This document shows, in pieces, positions 50,501 through 63,200 of a stretch of 64,000 nt of DNA. Source of the stretch: Carcharhinus longimanus (Eukaryota); the NCBI GenBank assembly GCA_030264375.1, contig JASCQW010000146.1, positions 26,407,544-26,471,543 of the forward strand, given 5' to 3'. The notes below the pieces were generated by a model. The model did no database searches. It was not told where the DNA came from and saw nothing but the letters and a program-made list of their open reading frames with translations. Position 1 is the stretch's first letter, and every line of letters starts with the position of its first letter. The translations under genes were made by a program, and so were the position numbers.

Positions 50501-51812
50501 CCATGATTGCAGCATCCAGCTGTTGAAGAACTGATTCTTCACTGTTTTCACTTAATCTCTGCTCCTCTTGTTCAAATTGCAACAGTGAGTCCATATCTCC
50601 CTCTGTGACTTCAATGATTGCAGCATCTAGCTGTTGTAGAACTAATCCTTCAGCATTTTCAATTAATCTCTGCTCCTCTTTTTCAAATTGCAACAGCGAG
50701 TCCAAATCTCCCTGTGTACTTTCCCGGATTATAGCATCTAGCTGATGAAACACTGATTCTTCATTCAGAAATTCTGAATCAAACAACATTTTTTCATCTT
50801 TACATTGCTCCTCAACTTCAGAATGAACACAGCCTTTTAATTCCATGCCATAATCCTGTTCTTCAAATTCAGCCATAACCTCCTGCACGTTATATATGTC
50901 AGTATCTAGTTTGGTTGCACGCAAATCCAAAATACCTCTACACTCTATTGATGTTGCATAGGCAGTTTTCCTTTCTTGTGCTATTTCATAAGCTCTTCTA
51001 TGCATAAATGAAGCATCTTCTAATGTTCCTTTAGCTCGGAAGGCTCTTGGCCATGTTGCAGATACACATGCCTGATTTTCTGGTAAATGTCTCATCATCA
51101 TTGATGCATCCTTGTATTCCAGTAATGGAGCACATCCACTTGCTGAACTTTGAGATAATAGTGCAGCATCTTTCAAGTTATTTTCTGCTCCTTGCTGAAG
51201 TGCGGAATCTTTTTCATTTTCGGACGTATGCGTGGTCAATTCTTTTTCAGGAAAGAGATTAGGAATTTCAACAGGGAAGTGGCTTGAATGTCTTTTCTCT
51301 TTATTTAAATCTGCACTGCCTGCAGGCTCATTTGCTGGCATTTCAGTTCTTTCTGTGAACTCTGGAAAGTTTGGTGGCAGGAAAGCTTTCCATGACCTCC
51401 TGTTAATATTCTCCTTCCTCTCCACATGAGGTCTCCTTTTTGGTGGGCCAGAGGACCGAATCACATCACTGCTCAGTTTTAATGCATCAAATATAACTCT
51501 TTCATCTAATTTTTTACTTTCAGAACTAGTTCTGGTTTCAAATACACTGGACGTGGTAGGAGTTCCATTACTTGATAAAGTGCTAGACTCGACAGCCCTC
51601 TGGTTTACTGAGTGTGTATGATCAGCAAAACTTCTTGATGGCTGGTTAGTCTTTGATCCTAAGTCTATCTGTTCATTAATTCTCATAGTGTCATATATGG
51701 ATCTTTGTGGAATGTAACAATCTTCAATGTACATATCATCCTCTTCATTTTTTCCTAAACAGGTGGGATTATTGCGTCGTAAACAGTCTGGCCTGCTAAG
51801 CGGTTTCCCCAT
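47570..51812 (-). CDS. KIAA0754: KIAA0754-like giant single-exon ORF / alternative first coding exon of MACF1 (>=1381 aa, acidic, likely largely disordered)
   Basis: Starts MGKPLSRPDCLRRNNPTCLGK..IEDCYIPQRSIYDTMRINEQID..KKLDERVIFDALKLSSDV..NRRSWKAFLPPNFPEF, matching the human KIAA0754 N-terminus as I recall it. ORF-track pieces 50142..51812 and 47570..50320 are separated only by the N run at 50152-50251. TAA at 47570-47572; in-frame donor GAG|GTATTT at 47648/47647. Confidence 0.88.
49325..50765 (-). repeat. Coding tandem repeat, >=12 units of 36-41 aa (core 108/111 nt; EESVLQQLDAAIMEVREEDMDSLLQFEQEEQRLTENS)
   Basis: Visible in DNA and translation; central units identical, outer units progressively diverged; N gap sits in the homogeneous centre. 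Confidence 0.95.
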
Positions 51813-52699
51813 AATTCAAAAGTGATTTAAATAATCCACAAGAAAAAAAAAGGTCAAATTTTCAGCACCGAGTGACTTGCACTTCAATTCCAACAGAGAA
51901 ATGTATTTGTGAATTGTAATTTAATCAGCAGTCTCTAATATGCAGATGCTCCAACAGCATATTACTCACTTGTCACATATAAATGAGGCACATCCGATCA
52001 GTAAAAGCATCTCTACAGAAAACTACATTTGTGCATTCAATTCAGATCCTCTCTGGTCTTCTGTTCATATGCATCATGGTTGATAAGAATAAAGCCTTTT
52101 GTATGTTGTAGTCCAACTCTGTAAATTCCTTTCATTTTAACCACAATCTACAATGCCCAAGTACCCGGCTGCTGCAGAAGGGGCAGTCCTTGAAAACTAG
52201 CATGTTTTCTTTTGAAAAGTGATTCTTAGCGGATATTCCGGCAGATTCAAAGACAGGAAGTTCTTCAATCAGTGGAGCTTCAGCTGCTTCCTTTCTTAGC
52301 AACATCATGGCATTTTTTAAAACTGTACAACTTCAGTACAACATGACCAAAGGTTTCCAGATGATTTTTAAAGGAATGATATCAGGTCATTACCTAAATA
52401 ACAATTATTTGCAGTTTGCTGTTATTAAACCATTCTGTCATTTGATGCTGAATTCTAGTTAGTGTCTAGTTTACACTGTTTATCCAGTGGAGAGCACAGA
52501 GCAAAAATAACTCCAATATGAAACACTCTGGTGCCAAGAGTTGTCAGCTCCTAATTCAGCAAGGCTTGGCTATTTATCTATTCCTATTTTAGTCCAGGTG
52601 TTTTCCCCCATATCAGTTGGCAAAAAGTTGTCTTTTTCCTCTTGGTTTATGAACTGAAACAAACAGACTATGAGATACATCCAAACAAAGTTAATTTTC

Positions 52700-53420
52700 T
52701 TCCCAGTTCTTGAAAGCGTTGTATCCAGCTGTCACATACTGCAAGACAAACTTTCACTCTTGAACAAAAAAGGTTTTGTGAGCTTCCGCGTTCTGTCCAG
52801 CCTTCCAAAAATCAGCTTCTCCCAAGCCAGCTCTTCCTTAGCATGTGCTGTTTAAAGAAAGTTAGCAGGGCTGGTTTGCTCATGGGCATTGTGAAGCGGC
52901 TGTGATTAATCCCATAGCCTACGTCAGCTTCTGTAGTTAATTAGATGCAGTTACGTTTTCACAGCTAAAAAGAATCCCGTAGCAGGCTTGTCAAGTTCCC
53001 AGAACTTAGGAGGTTGAAAGATAATTTTAAACACTTACTTTTAAAAATTCTGATTGTTAAACTGCCACCTGATCTTAAAGAGTCGAGGACACAACCAGTA
53101 TCCAGTGCATTATTTTCTATCAACTGATTTCAGTGTCTCCCTGCTGTACAGACAAAGAAACGCCCTTTTTTTGCTCGCTCATTTTCTCTCACACACGTAC
53201 TCTGAGTAGCATCTGCTGTGATCCTATTTTCACCGCCAGTCCACCAACATTGTGAGTACTGCCGAAGTTTCGACCTTGTGCACTTTCCCCTTCCCCTCCT
53301 ACGTTTCAGCCCATGTGGTCAAGCTGCAACTTCTGAAGAAGTTGACTCTTTAGTGGCTGTTTGTCTGCTGCTTATGCAGTTTGCATACCAGGCACGGATG
53401 CAATGTAAAACGTGGTGCAG
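52700..53420 (-). promoter_or_regulatory. Candidate internal promoter / 5' leader for the KIAA0754-like transcript
   Basis: No recognisable repeat, locally more CpG than background, TGACGT (CRE-like, 52921-52926) and TAATCC motifs, about 1 kb upstream of the ATG; no transcript data. Confidence 0.35.
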
Positions 53421-55188
53421 CAGAAAACTAGGCTTTCAAACCTCCCAATTAATAATCTGACCTTGTTGGACTTTTCTACAGTTTTCTCAACAAAAAGGTA
53501 TTTATCAGAAACAGCAAATTCTGTCACCTCTATGCAGCCAGTCTGTTACGTCAAAATAATGTTAATCCAGGATCACAATTGTTACAAAGCAGCCGGGTAT
53601 TCGGCCAAAGTGTATGCAACAGTTCTCGGAAATGTGTAAGAATTAAAAATTAATTTAATTTAGCAGTTAAGAGAGTTGTTTTTACTTCAGAACCAGGACT
53701 AAAATCAAAGTTAATATTTTAGACCAGACAACGTCACCAATTTTCCAACTTTGTAGATAAGAGCTTTATAATTTATAAAATTCTACACTTTACAGCTGTA
53801 TAATCTCACTTAAAGCATAGTAGTTTATTTATGTAGGATTCTTTAGCATTAATAACATTTGATTTGACAAGATGACTCTTGAATTTAACAACAGTCTCTA
53901 TAATTAAAAACTAAAATAAACCCCGTGTGCAATGCAAAACATTTCGACTCAACATCAGATCAGCCAATGGACTGCAAGACCTTGGGGGGGGGGGGGCCCC
54001 TTTTTCAGCACAATCTTGATACGGAAATACTACAGACTCAAAATTCCTTTTCTGTTTTGTCATGTATTGGTAGTCTCTCCAATCCCTGCCCCCTTAGTTT
54101 CCTTGTTTTGCTGCTTTTATCCAGTCACAATGATACAACCACAGTAATGGAAAGAGTAAACGGCCATCAGCAACTAGTTTAAGAAAACATTCCCTAGTGT
54201 ATTTTGCAACACGGTCAAAAAGCTTGTGAAAGTACAGTGGAAACTCAGTTTACTATAATAACTTGTACTCAGCGGAGTTCCCGAAATAGCATTATTATAA
54301 TTAATATATTTTATTCTTCAAAAACTGATTTGGTATTAAGCATTTTTTTCAAAGCAGAACTTTGGAAGAGAAGGAATGCAAATATTCAGTGCTCAAAGTT
54401 AAAGGAGCTAAAACATGTAACAGTAGATTAACACAATGCTTTCAATTCACTATACACATTAACGTTTCTTCAGTGAATTTACACGACAATCAATCATTTA
54501 CAAGTAGGACAGCACCACTGAAGTCAGTCTTTAGGTGAAAATGTTTTCCGCATAGTCTCTTACAGGCACTTTCAGATTCATCTATGTTAACATCGTCCAA
54601 CCTTTTCGTATCAGGGGTCAAAATTCACACCCCAAGGTTCAACGAGTACATTTCAGACATAAGGTTTGGCACAATATTAAACAAAATTTTTAAACATCAA
54701 TGTCAAAGCAATAAATTGATTTTTTTTTAATGAGGTAATTAACAAAAATGACCGCTAAAAGACGCCAAGCAGCAGAGCTAAAAAATGAAAGGGAATAGAG
54801 GGATACAGACGGAGTAGGGGCAGAAGTTCTTTTTATTTGTTAGGGCATCATGATCAGCATGGCTTGGAGGGCTGAAGGGCCTGTTCAGTGCTTTTCTTTG
54901 TTCTCTTTGTTTGAAATCTTTTCTGATTTTTCATTTAAGAAGCCAAGCTACTGACAAATTGAGCCCCAAGGCACGGCCACCAGGGAAGGGGTGAGGACAG
55001 GGCTGAGCTAAGGAGTTGGCTTTAACAAACACTGACCTTGCATTTATCTTTGGTGGTGCATTCTAAAATGGCCTTCGTACAATTCATACAAAAGCAGGGT
55101 TGAGTGGGATCCCTCTTGGCCTGGGTTTTCCTCTTCTCCTAGCCTGCCTTTGAGATAGGATGGGGGAGGGGGGGGGGTGGGTGGAAGG

Positions 55189-55385
55189 AGTGTGTGTGTG
55201 TGTGTGTGTGTGTGTATCACAGGGTTCTCAGAGCCACAAGTGCACATGGGGTCTCACCCAGACCCCTTCACGTGTGGACTCTCACCCAGATCCCCTTCAC
55301 ACGTGGTCTCCCACTTAGATGCATTCACACGAGTGCTCTCACCCAGACCCACTCATGCACAGGTTCCCACTCAGGCCTGCAGGTG
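55189..55385. repeat. (TG)n microsatellite followed by about 5 degenerate ~29-bp units
   Basis: Recurring tctcacccagacccc-ttcacacgtgg motif. Confidence 0.75.
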
Positions 55386-55924
55386 TGGGCTTGGACATTT
55401 TAAGCTCAAAGAGGATTTTGAGATGGCTGTGGTGGTGCCAAGACTCTACCCTGTCCCAGACTCCATTTGCCCTGGGGCAGGTGGGCTACATTGCTATGCC
55501 TGCTGTTCCTTGTGACTTGTGGACTCACTGTTCAAAATACATACAAGTGGAAGTGACTAATCTGTTAAGAGCTGCTCCTCTAATCACAGACTATTTTCTC
55601 CCTTGTTGGCTGCTGCTAGGCTCATCACTGTGGGAAAGAAACAATGTGATTGGAGCAGTAGCATGAAAGTGAGTGACCATGGTATATTCTCTCACCCTCC
55701 TGCACAGGCACAGGAGCATGGAGTCAAGATGGTACAGTAGGCCAACACATGCTGTATATTAGACAACCCTGATCTATACCAGAGGAGTAAAAAGGAATTA
55801 CAATGCAACTCTCAAATTGTTATGGCTAAGTTCTCTCAGCAAGCATGCTTCCACTGCAGTTTGTTTTTTTACAACTTTTGTGATAGGATCAAAATATGGT
55901 GAATAAATCATTAAAAGCAGCAAT

Positions 55925-56230
55925 GATCTTAACAAAGCACTGGGATTTATTTCTGGGGATGCAAAATTCAGCATTGTGGCATTATGTCAAATGTGTTTAG
56001 GATCTTGAGCAGGCTGCACTCAAAGTACAGGACTTTCTTCTGGTCTTCATACTGCAAAGAGGACATGGCGAAAACAGAGAAAGTGCAAGGTTTACAAAGA
56101 CTCTACCAGAACAGAGATTATAGATATTGGGAAAGATCAAAAAGGTTGTTTCTTAGGAAAGAGGAGAGACTTAGAAGTGCCTTGCTAGAGGTCGTTAAAA
56201 TTCTGACTGAGCTGGACATGGTAGATTAGG
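55925..56230 (+). mobile_element. CR1-like LINE fragment (old)
   Basis: FWSSYCKEDMAKTEKVQ..EERLRSALLEVVKIL resembles the CR1 ORF2 C-terminus. Confidence 0.55.
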
Positions 56231-58495
56231 AAAGTCAGATCTTAAGGGTCATCAACCTGAAACGTACATGTTTTTCGGTAGATTTTACCTAACCTGACAT
56301 TCACAGCGTTTTCTGTTTAGTTTCCAGATTTCCAGCATCTTGCTTGTAAGAATGTTTTCTTGTGGGGGAAAAAAAAGAGTAAATTTCCAATGAAGCTTGT
56401 TGAGGTAAAAGGCTCAGATGCTTTCAAAAAGAAAACTAAATAAGCATACAAGAAAAAGGGGAATAGAAAAATAGGCTGAAAGACTTGAAATGAAGTAGAT
56501 ATAATGGGAGATGTCTTGTGTGGAATATATACAGTATATGGGACAAATGATATATTCAATACACCGTATTCTATGCAATTCTATATCTTGTACTTGTAAG
56601 TCTCCACTTGTACCCAAGAAGTCCTTCCCATCCAGACCACAAAGACACAATTGGTACTGTGATGTCCTAGTTATATTACAAATTAGACAATACAATAGTC
56701 AAAAATTATTTTAGTGTGTTCCTGGTTCAGAACAAGCATGCATGGAAATTAGTCCCCATTTCAGTCAACTGTCCATTCAGTTCAATTACAAGAAAATGCT
56801 AATTTTTTTAAAACTATCAAAATAATTTTTCAAATTTTTTTTGTTGCACTTTAAATCTTTGCTTTTCTTTTATGTCATTTCAATTTTGGTTCACATCAGA
56901 TCACTAATAATTAAATTTGGCCAAGAGGATAAAAAAAAGAACAACAGCTTACCTTTTGCAGAATATGTCTTACTGATGGCCTAATAAAAGATTATCACTT
57001 CAAAACTCAAAATCCTTTATCTCAATTTTCTTACATTCTACTTGTGGTGTAAACTGGATAAAATCAGAAATATAGGGAACTAGAAGACAAAGTGGATTAC
57101 CACCACACTGTCCCTTCATGTTTGGGATTTAGTTTGAATATATCCAAGTTAGTCACGGTTTCCGTTCAGATCCTTGTAGCATCAGGTTATAGAACAAAGC
57201 ACAATCTGGCAATCTCACACAAAGACTATAGGATGGCTAATGTCGAAAAAGCAAGCATTTACAGTGATGCAGTAAATGGGCTCAAAGTCAAATGTTTAGG
57301 CAAAATTGTTGGCGGCAGAGTGGACGCAGCTTTCTATGCTTGATTGCATTGTACCTGAACTAGGTTCATGAGACATGGGAACTAGTGCCTACACTGGAAA
57401 AATGTTAAAAAAGCAAAATACTATGCATGCTGGAAATTGAAAATAAAAATGTGCTGGAAATACTCAGCACAACTCACAGCATCTGTGGAGAGGAGAACAG
57501 TTAACGTTGAGAAGAATATGACTTTTTCAGAACTAGAAAAGTGTTAAGTTCTTCCACCGTTGCATTGCAACTCAAATTATTTTAAATACATGAAAAACCA
57601 CATAATTGCCTCCAGAAGTACCAGTGTAAACTACAATACTTATTAAATGTAAAGAATTCCACACCCACTCAAAAATAATGTACTGTCTTACTCATAAATC
57701 AGGAACAGCAAGTGATATAAAATAATATTGATTAGCTATTCTATTAATCTGACTGTGCTAAAACACTGACTTACTTTTCCCCCCATCTCTCTCTCCAGCT
57801 ATCACTGATGACTTACTTTCACAAAACTGGAAATTGGTTTGATTGGTCAGTGTAGATTTTGACTTCTCTACAGGTGTGAGAAAACTTGAAGGCATCAATT
57901 TTGTCTTCCAGTAATGTGGACAAGTTCCATATTACCAGGTGCTTTTACTTAATAGCCCTCGCCAAGATTTCACAAAAAGAATCAAAGCTGGCAGCTGGTC
58001 ATTTAACTAGAAGATCCTTACCAGGTACATTCAGCCAAAAGGCAAGTATATCGCGTTCAAATTTTTGAGGCACCATGCTCAGTAAAGTTACAATATTACA
58101 TACTTGGAGAAATTAATATATAAAAAGGTAAATAAATCTGCTACTTCAAATACGAAGATTTTTCAGAAATTATATTGCACAAGCTTGTATTTTTATTCTG
58201 TTGATTGGATCGCTGCCTAAAACTAGATTTGGTTTGTTCAATTTAAAACATAAACCAAATACTTTGATGTATTCTAATTTCCCATCATATTTCCCTTTTC
58301 TTCTGGTGTTTTGCAGCTCCACATATCAGCCATTTATCACTATACACCTAACCATCATTGGTCACTAGTGATTGGTACAGTAGTGAGAAGCTTGGTAAAC
58401 ATTTACCTTCTGAAGGTATGAGGGCCAAATGCACTGTTAATTGCTGCCCTGCTAAAATGAATTAATTGAGTACAGAATGGGACTGATCTAGTTTT

Positions 58496-58770
58496 AAAGT
58501 TATTTATTAGTGTCACAAGTAGGCTTAAATTAACACTGCAATTAAGTTACTGTGAAAATCCCCTAATTGCCACACTCTGGTGCCTGTTCGATACACTGAG
58601 GGAGAATTCAGCATGGCCAATGCATCTAACCAGTACAGATTGTGGGAGGAAACCAGAGGAAACCCACGCAGGCATGGGAAGAATGTTCAGACTCCACACT
58701 GACCCAAGCCAGGAATCGAACCCAAGTCCCTGGCGCTGTGAAGCAGCATTGCTAACCACTGTGCTGCCCT
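58496..58770 (-). mobile_element. V-SINE-like SINE, second tail type
   Basis: Reverse complement matches 29851-30104 including the tail. Confidence 0.8.
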
Positions 58771-61744
58771 AGGCACAGTGGCACAATGGTTTGCATTGTT
58801 ACTTCATTTAGGCACTTTCTGATCAGCATGGTTTATAGGCTGAATGATGAGCTGCAGCTAAACCTTTGATAGTAGCTTACTCTACAAGATTTTATATAGG
58901 AACTTCTAAATTAAAGATACCATAATATCTACCAGGCCTTATGGAAGTAAAGACAACAGAGGAAAAAAAAATCTTCAATAAGTCCGTCCAAGGTTACCAT
59001 TTAATGGGACATATTATTGCTGTGAGTAAGGTTTCTATCCTTCCAACTAGGGAAATAATGCATTTTTAACTTAATTTTCTTTTAGACCTGCTTCTATGCT
59101 TAATACTGGCTTTATGTGAAAAAAATGAAATCTCTGCAACGTAACAGCTATTGTATTCCTAAGTGGTTATCTCCTTAGTTTGTGCTCATAAGCACTGCAT
59201 GTCAACCACGTCCGAGTTCAAGAATTTTGAACATTTCCATGGAGATCAGAATACCACAGCACTGCTTCTTCGTCTGCCAGTTAGTAATTTAATCAGGAGG
59301 GGGTGGGGAGATTGGATTTGTAAGAGAGTAGAGTCTGTCATGCAGAAGAAAACATTAATACTAAGACACTAGGAAAGGTCAACAAGAGTACACCTTGCAT
59401 CAGAACATCTGGAGTTAGCATACATAGCACTATAATTGGTTAGTAACTGGCCCCAAATTTCAAAGGGACAGACTGCCTCAAAACTTAAGTTTACTGATTT
59501 GAGTTTTAGACTTTTATGTAATTTTCTATCAGGGATACAAGAAGCTAAGTAGTCTTTAAAAAATCAATGCTTCAAATCCATGTATTTCAATAGGAGGAAA
59601 GTCTTATTTTAAGACTTTAAAGCAACTATGGAAAAAGTCATTAGTTTGTGTGCACCACTTAATGTGGAACAACTTAACACCAGGTGCAGAAGCAATGAGG
59701 TCAGAACTAGCATTGCTTCCCCCACATTCCACGACCAGACAGACAGTTCTCTTGTGTGTTCAGGGGAACCCAAAATACAGAATTTCTATCACCATCGTAT
59801 CTATAATGCATTTCATGACATGACTTCATATTCACAATTGGAGATTATGGATATAAAAAATGGACTGCAAAAGTTATATGTGCCAGATGTATGGAAAGCA
59901 GGGACCTGCAGCTGGTTCATTTTTAATACTGGTTTCAATTTTGTCAAGTGGGCTTGCATTATAACCTTGGCACTGAAATAGCAACAGTCGCTTGCATATT
60001 CTAATTGATAGAGCAAGCAACACTCTTTGATCTAAATTGCTCTTAGGTCTTGTATACATTTTACCTATATTAGTCTCCATAAACAGTTGATCTGTTTTGC
60101 ACATCAGCAAAATAATCTTTAAAAGTAACATTTCAAAGTGATTTGCCATAAGGTGCAGATGTATAGGCACAGCATTTTAATATAAATATTACNNNNNNNN
60201 NNNNNNNNNNNNNNNNNNNAAGTATTATTAGGATAGTCAAAATGAGGAAAGGTTCTGTTTGACCAATATTTTTTCATCTATAAATCTTACTGTATGCAGG
60301 GGAAATGAGCTGGACTGAGAGGAAGAATAAAATTGGTCACCCTGATTCTGGGAAATGTTTATCAGAAATTATAAAAAAAACTAAAGCCTTTCCACAGTTG
60401 TTGCATTTGATGTCCAATTGTGCAGTGTGTACTGCAAATAAATTCATGATATTTTAAGCAGTGGCAGACAGTTGCAGTATAATATTTTAGGCTGCTCTTT
60501 AAGAATCGGATGGCTAGATATTTTCTGATTCATGATGTAAAAAAAATTCTTTGCATTGCTGTTTCTAACCACAGCATGCAATCTATAAAAAGTTTGGTAT
60601 CAGATACTTAAAGGCTGAATGAGATTCTGTACAATGCCCCTAAAGAGTGTTTAAAAGATGGCCAGTTAATCCTTCACTGAACTACTCTTCGGTTCAGAAG
60701 CATAAGCTGTAAACCCCTTCAACAATAAATGTTCATTTTCACATATGCTTTCAATGTTAGTATTAGGTGCTTATCCCTGTTGTATCATCTCGAGGTTCCT
60801 TTCAGAACAGTAGAACCCATGAGGCATTAGCACAACAGTTCCACAGTGATGAGAAGAATCTGAAGGGAACATTTAAATACAACTTGCGTATTTGTGCTTG
60901 CACAGATCTCCTGATTGCTCAAATACCACATTCTTATTGTAATATTCAGTTTATTGCACAGTTGAAAATAGTCTTCCTTCATTACAATGCTATAATATAT
61001 TTGAATAAATTTAATATATTATGCAGGACCATCATTGCACCTTTGTAGTACACAAGAACCTCAATGTCCCTATTTAGTACACAAAAAACTTTGTTCAGAG
61101 AAATCTAAGAATGGCTGAGAGGGGGATAAAGTGAATCACAAACTGCATTTTGAATTCATTTTACTATATGTAATGTCAGTTGATAATGTTATTCAAAAGA
61201 ACAAAATGAAAGCAGTTAAATTATGTTAAAACTTCCACCTATCACACTGAACATAAATTTAGACATATCATCTGGCTTTTCACACTTTGAAAACGCCAGT
61301 CGCGGTGAAGGTTATCTATCAGCATCTTCGTTTGAAACTGGAATACATTACATTGTTTATCAGCAATCAAAAGTAAGAATTCTTTACCCTTCATATATCA
61401 CGCAGACCGCTTTTTTAAACTAAAATGTACTTTTGCCCCCCCATCACTTACAGCTATCAAAATCACAGATATTGATAGACATAGAAACTAGAAGCAGATG
61501 TAGGCTATTTGGCCTTTTGAGCCTGCTCCTCATTCATTTTGATCATGGCTGATCAAATTCAATATCCTAATCCCCCCTTTTCCCCATATCTCTTGATCTT
61601 TCAGCCCCTAGAGTTACAAATAATTTCTTCTTGAAATCACACAATGTTTTGGCTTCAATCATTTGTTACGCCAATAGAATTATGATAGATGAAGATAGTG
61701 GGATAGGATTTCAAAACAATTACTTTGTACTCTTGTATCTTCAC

Positions 61745-63200
61745 AAGTTTAAATAGAAAAGTGTCCCAAGGTGGGTTCTTTGATTGGGAGGCAAGAATGG
61801 CTGGTCAGATGTAGGCTTTGAAGGTAGGGAGGGTGATGGGGAAACAGAGGGAATTCCAAAGTTTGGAGCCAATGTAGCAGAAGATATGACTGCAAATGGT
61901 GGGGTCACATGGAGTGTGTGCATGTGTGAAGGAGGAGGGGTCATGGGCAGTTTGAGAGTAAGAGGAACTGAGAGTTGGGTGAGTGGTCATAGGGAGGTGG
62001 TGTAGGGCTAAGGGAGGTTGTGGAGATAGGGAAAAATTTAAACAGGAGGTTATAATTTTAATTTGAAACACTGGGGGACCAGAAGCCAATGTAGTCAACA
62101 AGGTCAGGGATCGGAATAGCATAACATACAGGCAATGTATGTAGCCCAATCCATCATGCAAACCAGTCTCCCATCCGTTGATTGTCTACACTTCCCACTG
62201 CCTCGGTAAAGCAGCCAGCATAATTAAGGACCCCATGCACCACGGACATTCTGTCTTCCACCTTCTTTCTTTGGGATAAAGATACAAAAGTCTGAGGTCA
62301 CATACCAACCAACTCAAGAACAGCTTCTTCCCCACTGCCGTCGGACTTTTGAATGGACTTATCTTGCTTTAAGTTGATCTTTACACCCTAGCTACGACTG
62401 TAACGCTACATTTTGCACTCTCTTGTTTCCTTCTCAATGATCGGTATGTTTTGTCTGTATAATGCGCAAGAAACAATACTTTTCAATATATGCTAACACA
62501 TGTGACAATAATAAATCAAATCAATGAGTGGAAAATGCAAGAGCAGCCAGGACATCACTACAGGAAGTAAATTTGAAGCAAACAAAGGAACGATTGAGAA
62601 CATCAGTCAGAGATGAATGTTAGGAAGAGGTAACTGCAACCTTCCATTTTATAATTTGTATGTTAGTTGTTTAATAGTACTTACTGGGCTAAATAAAGGG
62701 GTTACAGGTGGCACTGGGTATTGGGATATGCATGTAGAATTGTAAAAATGAGTTTGTGAAGAAGCTAGACTTGCTTCACTTTTTATTACTGAATTGCAAC
62801 TGAAAGGCGAAACAATGGATTGAAGTAAATGCAGAGATAGTGAAAGATGTCAAAAAAGGTTTATAAATCAGAAAGAAATATGGGATTGGAACCTCAGCTC
62901 AGATAGGGCATCGAGGTTCAGCCTGAAACAGCAATAATACAGGGGAAATAAGTCGACAGTTAGGGTATGGAGTTTATGCCAGAGGCTGAAATCAATGACT
63001 TCAGTCTTTCAAATGTTTTAGTTTGATGAAATTACAACTGGCCCAAGACTGAATTGTAACCAAGTTGTCTGATAGCACAGTGGTAATGGGGAGCTTGACA
63101 GAGGTATTCAAGAGATATAGCTGGTTTCATCAGTGACATGTGGAAGTCAATCCCGCAAATGATGTTGCCAAGAGCCAGTATATAGATAAGGAAATGACAA
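61745..63200 (-). mobile_element. L2-like LINE fragment interrupted by a Rex-Babar insertion
   Basis: Same motifs as 1310-2040 on the opposite strand (ggaattccaaagttt, tttaatttgaaac..ggagccaatgtag-like), resuming after 62525. Confidence 0.5.
62135..62524 (+). mobile_element. Rex1/Babar-like LINE 3' end
   Basis: Encodes a TNQLKNSFFPTAVGLLN motif; ends tgtgacaataataaatcaaatcaa. Confidence 0.7.

Larger units (their letters stand above)
2273..51812 (-). other. MACF1: MACF1 (microtubule-actin crosslinking factor 1) gene segment: spectrin-repeat rod exons plus internal KIAA0754-like exon; gene continues beyond the traced exons
   Basis: 21 GT-AG exons join in consistent phase into a spectrin-repeat peptide. 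Motifs such as [21 protein letters not shown] and [11 protein letters not shown] fit my recollection of MACF1 better than its paralog DST, and the KIAA0754-like ORF is known to be nested in human MACF1. Confidence 0.92.

Noticed and set aside
49850-50600. CRISPR-like or non-coding regular array
   Set aside because: Units are contiguous, have no unique spacers and translate in one open frame; this is a eukaryotic coding tandem repeat.
53039-53130. Candidate for the canonical upstream MACF1 rod exon (ends ..TTTAAAA|GTAAGT)
   Set aside because: In-frame TAA seven codons upstream and no spectrin similarity; the true upstream exon probably lies beyond 64000.
56953-56980. Possible small exon tag|GCC..AAG|gtaagc
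   Set aside because: 28 nt is not a multiple of 3 and the polypyrimidine tract is weak; no other support.
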